64,000 nucleotides of DNA, from assembly GCA_964632415.1 (NCBI GenBank), contig CAZWDM010000008.1, positions 7,098-71,097 on the forward strand, written 5' to 3'. The translations under genes were made by a program, and so were the position numbers. This stretch comes from an uncultured Dehalococcoidia bacterium. Its GTDB lineage: Bacteria; Chloroflexota; Dehalococcoidia; Lucifugimonadales; JADFKI01. Numbering within the stretch: the first letter of the stretch is position 1; each line of letters starts with the position of its first letter. The notes beneath the pieces are model-generated. The model was not told the origin of the DNA. It did no database searches and worked only from the letters and a program-made list of their open reading frames with translations. Below are positions 27,905-37,599 of this stretch, one piece after another.

Positions 27905-28729
27905 CTAGTATATGGCGAACCCCGCCTGCACCACGAGCCTCAACGAGACTTCACCGCCACTAACGCTCGGCGCTGCAAGGTCCGCTGATTCCAGGGCATA
28001 GGCAAAGCCGTAGCCATCACCACCGAATCCTCCCAAAGACGGCCCTGCGGAACCCTCGCTGATGTATATCAGCCGGCCAACGGAAACATCGGATAACTCC
28101 GCGAGGTGCTCTGCCTTCGCCTTCGCGTCAGCGACCGCCATCTCCCTCAGCTCAGTCATCTTGGGCTTCGGGTTCTCCAGCGTGAAGTCGATGCCGCTTA
28201 TCCTGACGTCGTCGCCTCCCGCGGTCACCACTTCGTCTATCACCTCACCAACCGTATCCAGGTCGCGAAGCTTCACGGTCGCGTTGTTCCTGACGCGGTA
28301 GCCGGTGAGCACCTCTCTGCCCGTGCGAACTCCATCCACCTCTTCTTCCACATATTCGTAGCGGGGATAGACGCTGAACCGGCTGGTCTGGATATCCTCA
28401 TCCTTGACGCCCCTCGCCTTCAGGGCCTCGATCATGGCATCCATGGAGGCGGACGCCTGGCTGTTGGCCTCGGTGATGTTTGCCGCCCTGGTGTCAACGC
28501 CCAGCTCGAGCAACGCGAGATCCGGCGAGAGTGAAAGCGTGCCCACTCCACTGACCCAGATACCGGTGCTGTCGCTGCCGTAGGCGGCGGGAATGCCCCG
28601 GTCGGTCGCATCCAAGCCTTCGGCCGGCGATGTCGCCGCCTCGCTCCTGTCTAGTGCCACGACCGCAAGTGTTGCCAGCACAGCCACAGCCGCTATCAGA
28701 AGTGCAGCAGTTTTTCTTGTCCTGGTCAT
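27905..28729 (-). CDS. SIMPL (DUF541) domain secreted protein
   Basis: N-terminal signal/TM segment KTAALLIAAVAVLATLAVVAL. Body and C-terminus (FSVYPRYEY..., GGEVSLRLVVQAGFAIY) are typical of SIMPL / 26-kDa periplasmic immunogenic proteins. Confidence 0.7.
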   Translation of the reverse strand: MTRTRKTAALLIAAVAVLATLAVVALDRSEAATSPAEGLDATDRGIPAAYGSDSTGIWVSGVGTLSLSPDLALLELGVDTRAANITEANSQASASMDAMIEALKARGVKDEDIQTSRFSVYPRYEYVEEEVDGVRTGREVLTGYRVRNNATVKLRDLDTVGEVIDEVVTAGGDDVRISGIDFTLENPKPKMTELREMAVADAKAKAEHLAELSDVSVGRLIYISEGSAGPSLGGFGGDGYGFAYALESADLAAPSVSGGEVSLRLVVQAGFAIY

Positions 28730-29107
28730 CTACTTTCTCCTGTTATTCAATGTCCGGCAAATACAGTGCCAGCGCCTATTCATTCATTGAGATCGGCCTT
28801 GATTGCGTTGGTGCTGGCGGCCAAATCGCTCTGGGTCGAGTCGTCGATAGAGGCCTCTATTCGATACTCTGCGCGCCCGCCTGGCAGCCGGTGACAATCG
28901 AAACACCCTTGCTTGAGGGGGCAGTCCACGCCAGGTCCATATGCGCTGCCATTCGCCGTGGCTGTCGGTACGGTAGGCGCTCCCGAGCGTTCACCGCAGT
29001 CGAATGGCATATCGCGGTAGCCTCACACGGAAGCATATCAGACGCATGTGAGCTATATGTAAGGTACTGTTCGTAAAGGAGATGTCGTTCGGGATTCCCG
29101 AGAGTAG

Positions 29108-29359
29108 TCAGCCGGTATTCCCTTCGTCAGTCGGTGATTCCGTAGCCTGCTCGAAGGCGAATAGCTCGCCGGTGACGACTTCGAGCGCCGCCGCAATCGC
29201 CCGTATGCTTTTGAGCGACGGATTTCGCACACCCCTCTCCACACCGGACAGGTAAGTTACGTGGATGCCCGCACGGTGTGCGACTTCCTCCTGAGTAAGT
29301 TTGCGCTGCTGCCGCAAGAAGCGTGTGTGTCTGCCGAAATCTGTCTGATACTCGCCCAT
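29108..29359 (-). CDS. XRE-family helix-turn-helix transcriptional regulator
   Basis: LRQQRKLTQEEVAHRAGIHVTYLSGVERGVRNPSLKSIRAIAAAL is a canonical Cro/CI-type HTH. Confidence 0.8.
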   Translation of the reverse strand: MGEYQTDFGRHTRFLRQQRKLTQEEVAHRAGIHVTYLSGVERGVRNPSLKSIRAIAAALEVVTGELFAFEQATESPTDEGNTG

Positions 29360-29761
29360 TTGACACGGACGCTATTTGCACATAGACTATTCGTCCATAG
29401 CCTATGAGTCAAGATAGCCGGTTGAAATATTAGCCACTCCTGTTTCTGTGAAAAGGCGCAACATCACCGATCGGCACGATTCTGTTAACACTGGCGATGG
29501 TGGCATCTCTTACTACCCCCTGTAGCGGTGCAGTAATCTGTACGGCACCGCGGGCACGATTTCGTTCGCGCCCTTGCCGCGCTCGGCCGCGCCCGATAAT
29601 GACGTTAGAGAACCTTGATTACCGGGACCAGAGCAACACCAGCAAAGAAGGACATGTGCCGGAGGCAATACGAGCATTGTGCCTGAGTTGGGTGAAGCAT
29701 GAGCTTGGGTAATACCGTGGGTGTTCACGGTCTGAAATGGAAGATTGCCAAGAGCCCACTG

Positions 29762-29813
29762 GAGCGCATGCCTTACACGCATGAGGTTGGAGGTTCGAGT
29801 CCTCCATCGCCCG
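29762..29813 (+). tRNA. tRNA-Val(UAC) 3' portion only (D-stem 3' strand through acceptor 3' strand); no matching 5' half, so probably an att-site remnant
   Basis: Hand fold. Anticodon stem CATGC/GCATG (29767-71 / 29779-83), loop CTTACAC (anticodon TAC). Variable loop AGGTT. T arm GGAGG-TTCGAGT-CCTCC (29789-29805). Acceptor 3' strand ATCGCCC. The expected 5' acceptor GGGCGAT and the GCTC D-stem strand are not present upstream. Confidence 0.45.
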
Positions 29814-29914
29814 TTAACGTATAAAAGAAGCCACCAAAGAGTGAAGACCGCATCGGTGGGCATACGAAGAATATCCTAGGGCTTAAAGTTGCCAGGACAA
29901 TGAGAGAGGGATGA

Positions 29915-30121
29915 ATGCAGAGCAACGCTATTATTGGTGGCTCGCTAATGGTGGTCGGAGCGATCACATTCATCTGGTTCATGGCCGCATACCAGGTTCC
30001 CGCACTGCAAGAGCTGGCGCTGTTGCTGGGCGGGTCACTCAGCGCGGCCGAGGCTTGGATAGCTAATGTAGCCGTCTCCGTAGCTCTCACAGTCGGCGCG
30101 TGGCGAGTGTTTGCGCGTTGA
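29915..30121 (+). CDS. Possible small two-TM membrane protein (68 aa)
   Basis: MQSNAIIGGSLMVVGAITFIWFMAAY..NVAVSVALTVGAWRVFAR contains two hydrophobic helices. There is no other support. Confidence 0.3.
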   Translation: MQSNAIIGGSLMVVGAITFIWFMAAYQVPALQELALLLGGSLSAAEAWIANVAVSVALTVGAWRVFAR

Positions 30122-30410
30122 GGCACGGAGAAATGCTACCCGAATTAGAACAAACCCGATGTGAACGCGCCTGATGAGGCCGATAATGGCGTGTAATGCC
30201 GTCACAGCCTACGAGATAGCACTGGTGTCATAGAGAACGTGCTTGCATAGAGCCTGAACAGTGACGGCACGGATTTTATGACGGCATTACATTAAAAAGA
30301 AAAGCACATGAGGAAGCACGACAAAAGGCCGCTGGCGGCTGGCTTGATCCAGGAAGTTGGATGTGGAATGAGTCTGGGTGCTTCCGGACACGTGAGATGC
30401 TTCAGTGTTC

Positions 30411-30444
30411 TGAATAAATAAAAATCCTGCCGCCACCGGCGGCG
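30411..30444 (-). terminator. Rho-independent terminator-like hairpin (minus-strand sense)
   Basis: 9-bp stem CCTGCCGCC / GGCGGCGGG (one G-U pair) with a 3-nt loop at 30424-30444. On the minus strand it is followed by ATTTTTATTTATT (30411-30423). Confidence 0.45.
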
Positions 30445-30556
30445 GGTAAATGTGGGGGATTGGCGACGGCAAGCTCATAACTTTCGAGTTTTGCAGACAC
30501 CTATAAGAACTGGTTGGCGCTTTTTCTTATTTGCCGTTGGCCCCGCAACCACCGTG

Positions 30557-30586
30557 GCGCACCCGAAAGGGTGCGTCACTCTTTTT
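30557..30586 (+). terminator. Hairpin with GAAA tetraloop followed by a T-run (plus-strand terminator or attenuator candidate)
   Basis: GCGCACCC-GAAA-GGGTGCGT (30557-30576), then CACTCTTTTT. It lies just upstream of the putative transfer-operon promoter. Confidence 0.4.
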
Positions 30587-30606
30587 GCCCAAGTTGTCTG
30601 TGGTGG

Positions 30607-30636
30607 TTGACAAATAAGATCGATAAGTTGTATGTT
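30607..30636 (+). promoter_or_regulatory. Sigma-70-like promoter candidate for the long plus-strand array
   Basis: TTGACA (30607-30612), 18-nt spacer, TATGTT (30631-30636). It sits 48 nt upstream of the first gene's ATG at 30684. Confidence 0.4.
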
Positions 30637-30683
30637 CCCGTTGCCAACTAGTTCTAGGTTTTTGGAAACGCGAAAGACAATTT

Positions 30684-31814
30684 ATGGGCATCTCCGAAGC
30701 GCAGCTAGCGCTTGTCGTCGTATCCGACGAGACCCCAAAGAACCTCCACCCACGCGAGTGGGCTGTCCTCCAGACCGGCCTCACGAACGCGCAGCGCGTG
30801 GCGCTCACCGCTCTCGCAAGCGGCTACGGCGGCTTCCAGCTCGAGTACGGCGAGTTCTACATCGTAGAGGCTCGTGTCGCCGAGTACCTGTCAATCTCCT
30901 ACCGCACATTCCGCAACTACCTGACCGACCTGCGCAAGCTAGGACTGCTTGAGCTTGTCTCGCGCAGCCCGAACCAGTATGGGAGGCGGAGTGTGTGGCG
31001 CATGAGGCTTGATGTGACGTGCAGGACGGCACAGGTACATCTGCCGCTCCTTATCGAGGACGAAGCGTCTCTGGCGGATGCCGTCTTGGAAGAGCTTGAT
31101 CCGGCTGTCGAAGCCAGCGAGGACGGCGTTGAGAGTGACGTAGACGCCGATTGGGAAGCCAGAGATGAGAGTGAGGTCGGCAGCGAATTGCAGATCGAGG
31201 ATGAGCAGCTCCGGGAGTCGGAGATGCCGGCGCCTTCGGCAGCGCATCTCTGGTCTGACAGCGAACACGAAGCGTTCGTCAACTCGGAGACGGAGCGATT
31301 GCTCTCAGAGGGAATTATGGCGATTCGGAGTGAAGTCCGTGTGAGCAGGGCGAAATTTGAGGCGGGTAGGCGGGCTCTTGAGTTGAAGGAGCGTCGGTTA
31401 AGGGCCGGTTTCAGGAGCGACGTGGCGGTTGGTCCGGCGCCTGCAGCGCCTGTGTGGGATTTGCCTCGTGCTGAAAAACGCAGGAGAGAAAAGGCCGAGA
31501 GGAAGGCCGCTCACGACACGCCGTTGCTGGTCGCGCTCAAGGAAGCGCTCCGTGCGCGGGGTCTGGCGGCTCTCAGCAGGGCGGATCGCAGGAAAGCCCT
31601 GAAAGTGGACAGGGAATGGAGGGACACGCATGGCTCGTATGTCCCTGACGATGTGACAGCCGATGCAGTGGAAATCGCGGACGAAAGGGCCAGGACAAAT
31701 TTTGCAGGACTGGTGATCAAGGTTATATCGGACAGACTTGACAGCTACACCACCGGGGGATGGAAGGAACAGTTGGGCGGATTCGGGGCGAGGCAGAAGA
31801 GAACACGTTACTAG
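30684..31814 (+). CDS. Hypothetical protein with an N-terminal winged-helix-like region; first gene of the transfer array
   Basis: LSISYRTFRNYLTDLRKLGLLELVSRS looks like an HTH/wHTH. The acidic middle and Arg/Lys-rich coiled C-terminal half are otherwise unrecognised. Confidence 0.5.
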   Translation: MGISEAQLALVVVSDETPKNLHPREWAVLQTGLTNAQRVALTALASGYGGFQLEYGEFYIVEARVAEYLSISYRTFRNYLTDLRKLGLLELVSRSPNQYGRRSVWRMRLDVTCRTAQVHLPLLIEDEASLADAVLEELDPAVEASEDGVESDVDADWEARDESEVGSELQIEDEQLRESEMPAPSAAHLWSDSEHEAFVNSETERLLSEGIMAIRSEVRVSRAKFEAGRRALELKERRLRAGFRSDVAVGPAPAAPVWDLPRAEKRRREKAERKAAHDTPLLVALKEALRARGLAALSRADRRKALKVDREWRDTHGSYVPDDVTADAVEIADERARTNFAGLVIKVISDRLDSYTTGGWKEQLGGFGARQKRTRY

Positions 31815-31831
31815 GTGAGAGGTGTAGCACT

Positions 31832-32392
31832 ATGACATCGATGGCTGAAACGAAAATGCCGGAGGGCAAGGAACTCGATCTGGCAATGATGAGAGCCGCC
31901 AGGGGTTTGGACCAGTGGTTCAGGGATCGCCTGCCGGACGACGAGCCGGAAACGGGCACTGGTTCATACGAGGACATCCTGGAGCTCCTCCACGAAGCCT
32001 ACAGACTCAGCAGGACCGAGGACTTCGAGGAGAGGACGACCGATCTGCAGAAGATGGTCTGTTGGCAGTACAACGAAATGGTGCGGCTCTGCTCGGATGG
32101 CGCAAAGCCGGCAGCCGCCTTCACCTGGGTGATGATAGTCCCCGAGATGCTGAAGCGAAGTCCGGGGGTAGAGTGGCTGGTGAACGCGCTGGAGCCTATG
32201 TCATTCGATATTGAGGACGGCCTGTTCATCTTCGGCACTGATAACTCTGACGATGCCAGGCGGGTGATGGCTGAATTCATTCCGATACTGCGATGGGGCA
32301 TCAGCACGATGTTCCCCAGCCAGGCCGGCATAACGATTGAGGTTTGGGATAACAACATCAACGTCTGGACAGACGAACTGACAGCAGCATAA
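31832..32392 (+). CDS. Hypothetical protein (186 aa)
   Basis: The ATG at 31832 follows the stop of the upstream gene (31814). Ordinary composition, no motif recognised. Confidence 0.5.
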   Translation: MTSMAETKMPEGKELDLAMMRAARGLDQWFRDRLPDDEPETGTGSYEDILELLHEAYRLSRTEDFEERTTDLQKMVCWQYNEMVRLCSDGAKPAAAFTWVMIVPEMLKRSPGVEWLVNALEPMSFDIEDGLFIFGTDNSDDARRVMAEFIPILRWGISTMFPSQAGITIEVWDNNINVWTDELTAA

Positions 32393-32720
32393 CTCCACGT
32401 CTTAAGCACTAGCAAAGATGTACTCGCGTCCATTAGGGGAGTGTGGATCTGATGGGTGCAGGCGGTAGTCCCGTGACAGTAAAGGTCGTATTCAGAAGAC
32501 GCACGGTGGACGGTTCCGTTCGCCAGGGCGTTACTTTCAACACCAGCTCCGCAGGAGCAGCCCACGCCGGGCGCACGCTTCAGCCGTGTGAACGGGCGCG
32601 AGGGGGCTGTGAATGCGGAGTTTTGCTGTCACCCGTGCCTTGGGAAGCTGCGAGTGTCGTTAGCGACTCGAGCACGTACACCTGCGGTCCTCAACTCATA
32701 GCCAAGCACGGAGGATCGGA

Positions 32721-33104
32721 ATGTTGTTGACGGGCACAGACTGCCCCAAATGCGGGGGCATGCTCACCGACAAGGTCGATGAGGCGGAAAAGCTGCGCTG
32801 CATCTATTGCGGATGGCGCAGTTACGCCGACAAGTTTAGTTCGCCCAACGAGAAGGGCGAATCGTTTCACCTGAAGCTGCCCTATGTCGGCGGCAACGAG
32901 TACGGACAGAGACAGCGCAGGATGCTGGTCGCGCAAATCACCGGAGGCAACAGCGCCTACCTGACACTGCGGGTTCTCTGTCCCTTCTGCACCCTAGAAA
33001 GGCTCGAAATGGACAGCCTGAAGGCGCGTCAGAGGTGGGTGTGCGCCAAGGGGCACTTCATAACGCTTGAGCGAAAAGGCACAGAGTTCACCGGATGGTA
33101 CTGA
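32721..33104 (+). CDS. Double zinc-ribbon protein
   Basis: CPKCGG..(18)..CIYCGW, then a second CPFC..(22)..CAKGH. The stop overlaps the start of the next gene. Confidence 0.5.
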   Translation: MLLTGTDCPKCGGMLTDKVDEAEKLRCIYCGWRSYADKFSSPNEKGESFHLKLPYVGGNEYGQRQRRMLVAQITGGNSAYLTLRVLCPFCTLERLEMDSLKARQRWVCAKGHFITLERKGTEFTGWY

Positions 33105-36100
33105 ACCGCAGGCCCGTGAGGGCCTTGGTCACGCGCACTGCGGGTGCGGTCCTATTGGTCGCGCTCTTTGTTCTGTTTGCCATCGAGCCGCACACTGCGG
33201 CAGCCCAGACTCCGCCAGCAGAGGAAACGGAACCAACCAAGACTGGCCTCGGAGACTGCGACAACACTATGCGGGTCGGGGTGTTGAACGACGACTTCAA
33301 CACGTTGCCTGAAGACCTGGTTACAAGGCATGGCAACGGCGGCTTCGAGGCGGTGATCGTTACCAACTGTATCCCGGTCACGATCAACTTCTATGTTGTG
33401 AACAATGTCGGTGCTCGTGTGCCCTTCGCGGAGGGAAAGGTGTCAGTTGGGGACGCCTTTGATGAGGTGGAATGGCTTGACATCAGTGAGATCGAATATG
33501 AGAGGCACGACTCTGACGTCTACGAGGGTGACCCGCCCCGGCTGAAATTCCGTGCGGGGTCTCCAGTCCTGGACGACAACGGCAACGCCATCCCGATACC
33601 GCCGGCGGACGATGAGGCCGTCACCGCCTACAGATACACGCTCGAATATCCCAACGAGGCGGTCAACATCGGTGGCGACAACAGGCGACCGCTCGTCGCA
33701 GAGCAGGACTATGCGATGGTCTTCGAGATCACGCCCTTTGATGGTGCTCCGGATAATTTCATACATGAGTTCACCTTCGAGGTCATAGCCAAGATAGGCG
33801 GGCAGTGGTGGGACAAGCTGCTCCGGATCGCAACGCCGACCTACTGGGTTGAGAGCGCGTGGAACTTCGTCACTTCAGGAGGGGCGCAGGGCGTGATGGG
33901 TGGAATGTGCGTCGTGACTACCCGGTTCATGAGACCGTCAGAGATTGTCGCCCTGGATAGATATGACTCGGATGGAGACGGGCGCCTGACAGAAAATGAT
34001 GACTTTGTAGATGGTGCCAACGACCCTAATGTGCAAAATGCCAACGGCAACTGCAAGCGGCCACAGCAGACACCCGAGGAGGAACTGGAGACGATCAGGA
34101 CTGCGGCGTTCATCGACGTGAACGAACGCCGTGCGATAGCGGGCCTGCCGCCGCTGGAACCCAATCGTCGAAGTGACTATGTCAGTGAACTGTTGGACGG
34201 GCGTGAGCGCGAGCCGTCGGAGGAATCGGTCGGCTCAGGCATATCGTTCGGGCTTGACCACCTCACGCTTGCGCCGCGAGTCGTGCTTGATAAGGCAGGA
34301 ATGGCTCCACCAGCCTCAATCACGGGCGGGGGAATCACGACTTTTACAGGACTGCTGACCGGCACTCCGCCCGAGCTTACCTACGAGCGCGGAATCGTCC
34401 GTCTGGGCTGGTCGGCCATGATGAACGTGATGGTCGCGGTGCTTGGCCTGATGATTGCCTGGATCGGATTCTCGCAGATCATCCGGAGCTTCACGGGCAA
34501 CCAGAGGGGGATGGCAGACTGGCGCGAGCTCATTCCGCGTCTGGTGCTCGCAATCCTGGCGGCTCTCACGTCCTACTGGTGGTGCAGCCTGCTGGTGGAT
34601 GTGGCCGATGGCATCTCCCGATACATCGCGGCGACCATGCGCGTAACGCCGGCAGACATCACTCTGACCCTCGGGCAGGCTGTGCTGGCGATTGTTATCA
34701 GGAGCGCGGGATCTTACGCCCTGAGCTTCATACCACTTGCGGGACTGCTGGCCCTGGCGATGAAGATGATGATGAACTTCCTCATCCTTGTCCTGATGAT
34801 CAGCTACTCGCTGATGCTGCTCATGATGATTGGCCAGTTCGTCCTACGCATCGTGATGATCAACCTCATGATTATTCTGTCGCCGTTGGGCATGATCATG
34901 TGGGCGCTGCCGGAGACATCGGCCTGGGGCAAGAAGTGGGTGCATGAGTTTGCGGTCGCTCTGCTCACACATGGGCTGCAACTTGTCTGTTTTGCCTTAT
35001 CGACCTGGTTCATCAGGGAGGCGACGCCTGTGGGTGTCGTCTTCGACACGGGTAGCTTCCCGAGTGCCCTGCAATCGCTGTTGCCGACACAGATGATATG
35101 GGCGCTGGCGCTCGGCACGATGGCGGCGTACCTGACTACGAAGATACCTGGCATGCTGGGCAGCAGCGTCTATGAGGGGTTCCAGAGCATGTTCGCGATG
35201 GCGGCTGTTGGTGCGCTTGCCCTCACGAGCGGCGGTGCAGGTGGTATGGGGGGGGTCGGGAGAATCATGGGTGCGCTCGGTGGACCCGGTGGTGGGGGAG
35301 GAGGAGGAGGAATGCCAAGTCTTCCAGGCGCTTCTCCATTGCAACAGGGTATATTCGCCGCGGTAAGCACGGGCAGTCGCCATGCCGATATGGCAATGTC
35401 CGGCGTAGGGCGTATGGTTAGTAATGCGTTTACCGGCAACAGAGGTTCACCAAGCTCACCAAGTTCGTCAAGTGTCATAAGTTCGCCGTCCGGCGCGCCT
35501 CAGATGCCCACTCCAAGCGCAGCTCCGTCGAGTGCAGCGCCTTCAAGCGTTGCGCCGTCCACCGGTCCGGGAGCGGGAAGTCCCGCGCCGACACCTTCAG
35601 TAAGAGCAAGGCCGATTCCGGGTGGAGCCAACTGGTTCCCGCAGGGACGGCAATACTACCAGCCACAGCGCGGACAGCCTGCAGGCATTCCCACTCCCCA
35701 GGGTCAGGGCGATACGGGTGCAGCTTCCTCTCCCCACTTCACACCGGCGGGTTCGTACCAGTCCCCTATTCCACCACGACCCGAAGGTATGACTGATGAG
35801 GAACGAATACACTCGGTCATGCCCTCGAACTACCAGCCGACTCCGGGATCGTCCGCGGTTAGTCAGTTCTACGTGCGTGAGCAACAACCGGGCGGCGGGA
35901 GCAGCGTTCGCCCGACAACCGGCTGGGAGCGTGCACTTATACGCGAAATGGGTGTTGGCGGCTTCAACCAGGGCTTGTCGAACATTGGTGGCGGCGCGCC
36001 TTCGTCCCAAGCGGTATCAACATCACAGGCTGCTCCCACGCGGCCTGCTCCGAGCCAGCTGCCAAATTACCAGCAATACAGCGGAGTTCGTCAGGGACTC

Positions 36101-37528
36101 GGCGTGCGCTTCGAGCAGGCGCGGCAGAACAACCTGCAGGCGCTCGACAACTCCGGGCATCTGGTTTCGGAGGGCGGACGTAGCAGAGTTGCGAGTCCCC
36201 AGGAGCGTAGTCTCATCCGGCAGTTCGGCATGGGCGCGTTCAACAGTGTGCTGCAGGGATACCAGCCACCCGGAATGAGCAGGCCGGCGCAGCGGTCCCA
36301 GGCGGTTCAGGGAAGGCCGTCCACGTCTGCAGCTGCGCCCGCACAACCGTCAGCAGGTCCCACGCTGACGGATTATCCCGAGGGTACGTCTGACACCGCG
36401 ATCTTGATGAACGAAACCGGCATGAGCATGGCGGACATCCAATCGCGCGCCCAGTCGGGATTCAGGGCAATAAATGCCGGCTGGACAACCGAGAGCTATC
36501 CGGTGGTTGTTCCAGGAACGAACGAGCCGCGGCTGGACGCCGAGGGTAATCAGGTCTATGCGACGCGGATGCGTGGCACAACTGCTCAGGAGAGAGCCGC
36601 AATAGAGAACATGGGAACCGATAGGTTCAACGCCGTGTTCGAGCCGGGTGGTGTCAGGGGTACGGAGACTGCTCGGGCGGGTGAGCAGGGTGAGCAGGCG
36701 CAGCAACAGCGGGAGGCCAGAGGTAGAGGCGTCGCTTCGGGTATCGGACAGAGGATAGTCCGGGCCGGACGGGACTTCAGGGAGGGATACACCGAAGCCG
36801 GAAGGCAACTCAATCCGATGACAGTGACGGACGCACGCACGGGGCGTGTCACACAGGAGACGGCTGACGGTATGAGGGCGCGGGACATACTTGGCCCCGA
36901 GTTCAACCACGTCGCTGGGCGACGCGTCAGTTATGAGCAGGAAGGGACCTGGATCAACGAGGGTGGCCGCCTGGTCAACATGGACTTCGACAGCGACCGC
37001 GACATGTCCTCTGAGCGCCGTGTCCGCGAGGCTTTCGGTGATGATGCCGCGTATTCCCACCACCTTGCAAATGACATCAGGCTTGATGACAGCGGTGCGA
37101 TAGACCCGCAGACCAATCTGCCCTTCGTGGTTGAGAACAGGAGCGCGGAGAACTCGGGAATACGCTCGGCGACCGAGGCGGAAGCGGCGGCGATCAGGTC
37201 TGCAGGGGTCGAGGCATTCAACCGGACGGGAGCGGGCAGACGCGAGTTCATGGGACAGGGCGTTCTGGCAAACGACGAAGGCGTGCGCCGGCTGGCTACC
37301 AGCCGCGAGCAGGAGCTAATAGGCAGGACAAGCCTCGAAAGAGCGAATGTTATTGGGCAACGTCAGATTGCAGTTGACGAATCAACCGCAACACAACAGC
37401 CCTTCCGTGGAGCAACACGGGCTGACGAGATAATGGGCGCAGGTGACGGGTCAGGAACCGGCAGCGGTGGCAACGATGCTGATACAAACTTACCTCGTTC
37501 GGCAAGGGAAGGGCCACCACAGCAGTAG
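33095..37528 (+). CDS. Giant (1477 aa) polytopic membrane protein, VirB6/TrbL-like channel candidate with secreted N-domain, Gly/Pro/Ser-rich linker and repeat-bearing C-terminal domain
   Basis: Signal peptide AVLLVALFVLFAIEPHTAAAQ. A cluster of about 7 TM helices spans roughly 34380-35250 (for example MINLMIILSPLGMIMWALPETSAWGKKW, which resembles the TrbL/VirB6 core). A GGPGGGGGGGG run and a P/S-rich region follow, then five E-R-x-x-I-x-x-x-G-x-x-x-F-N repeats. Confidence 0.55.
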   Translation: MVLNRRPVRALVTRTAGAVLLVALFVLFAIEPHTAAAQTPPAEETEPTKTGLGDCDNTMRVGVLNDDFNTLPEDLVTRHGNGGFEAVIVTNCIPVTINFYVVNNVGARVPFAEGKVSVGDAFDEVEWLDISEIEYERHDSDVYEGDPPRLKFRAGSPVLDDNGNAIPIPPADDEAVTAYRYTLEYPNEAVNIGGDNRRPLVAEQDYAMVFEITPFDGAPDNFIHEFTFEVIAKIGGQWWDKLLRIATPTYWVESAWNFVTSGGAQGVMGGMCVVTTRFMRPSEIVALDRYDSDGDGRLTENDDFVDGANDPNVQNANGNCKRPQQTPEEELETIRTAAFIDVNERRAIAGLPPLEPNRRSDYVSELLDGREREPSEESVGSGISFGLDHLTLAPRVVLDKAGMAPPASITGGGITTFTGLLTGTPPELTYERGIVRLGWSAMMNVMVAVLGLMIAWIGFSQIIRSFTGNQRGMADWRELIPRLVLAILAALTSYWWCSLLVDVADGISRYIAATMRVTPADITLTLGQAVLAIVIRSAGSYALSFIPLAGLLALAMKMMMNFLILVLMISYSLMLLMMIGQFVLRIVMINLMIILSPLGMIMWALPETSAWGKKWVHEFAVALLTHGLQLVCFALSTWFIREATPVGVVFDTGSFPSALQSLLPTQMIWALALGTMAAYLTTKIPGMLGSSVYEGFQSMFAMAAVGALALTSGGAGGMGGVGRIMGALGGPGGGGGGGGMPSLPGASPLQQGIFAAVSTGSRHADMAMSGVGRMVSNAFTGNRGSPSSPSSSSVISSPSGAPQMPTPSAAPSSAAPSSVAPSTGPGAGSPAPTPSVRARPIPGGANWFPQGRQYYQPQRGQPAGIPTPQGQGDTGAASSPHFTPAGSYQSPIPPRPEGMTDEERIHSVMPSNYQPTPGSSAVSQFYVREQQPGGGSSVRPTTGWERALIREMGVGGFNQGLSNIGGGAPSSQAVSTSQAAPTRPAPSQLPNYQQYSGVRQGLGVRFEQARQNNLQALDNSGHLVSEGGRSRVASPQERSLIRQFGMGAFNSVLQGYQPPGMSRPAQRSQAVQGRPSTSAAAPAQPSAGPTLTDYPEGTSDTAILMNETGMSMADIQSRAQSGFRAINAGWTTESYPVVVPGTNEPRLDAEGNQVYATRMRGTTAQERAAIENMGTDRFNAVFEPGGVRGTETARAGEQGEQAQQQREARGRGVASGIGQRIVRAGRDFREGYTEAGRQLNPMTVTDARTGRVTQETADGMRARDILGPEFNHVAGRRVSYEQEGTWINEGGRLVNMDFDSDRDMSSERRVREAFGDDAAYSHHLANDIRLDDSGAIDPQTNLPFVVENRSAENSGIRSATEAEAAAIRSAGVEAFNRTGAGRREFMGQGVLANDEGVRRLATSREQELIGRTSLERANVIGQRQIAVDESTATQQPFRGATRADEIMGAGDGSGTGSGGNDADTNLPRSAREGPPQQ

Positions 37529-37599
37529 TCCGAAGGCAGGAGATGACATGACAATCGGCTGCGAGAGAATCCAAAGGTAAGCATAGCAGGAGGTAGGAA

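Noticed and set aside
29719-29813. Attempt to fold a full-length tRNA, using GGGTGTT at 29719 or GGAAGAT at 29739 as the 5' acceptor strand
   Set aside because: The first option gives a 95-nt molecule with no D arm. The second has two acceptor mismatches and no pairable D stem. Only the 3' half is convincing.
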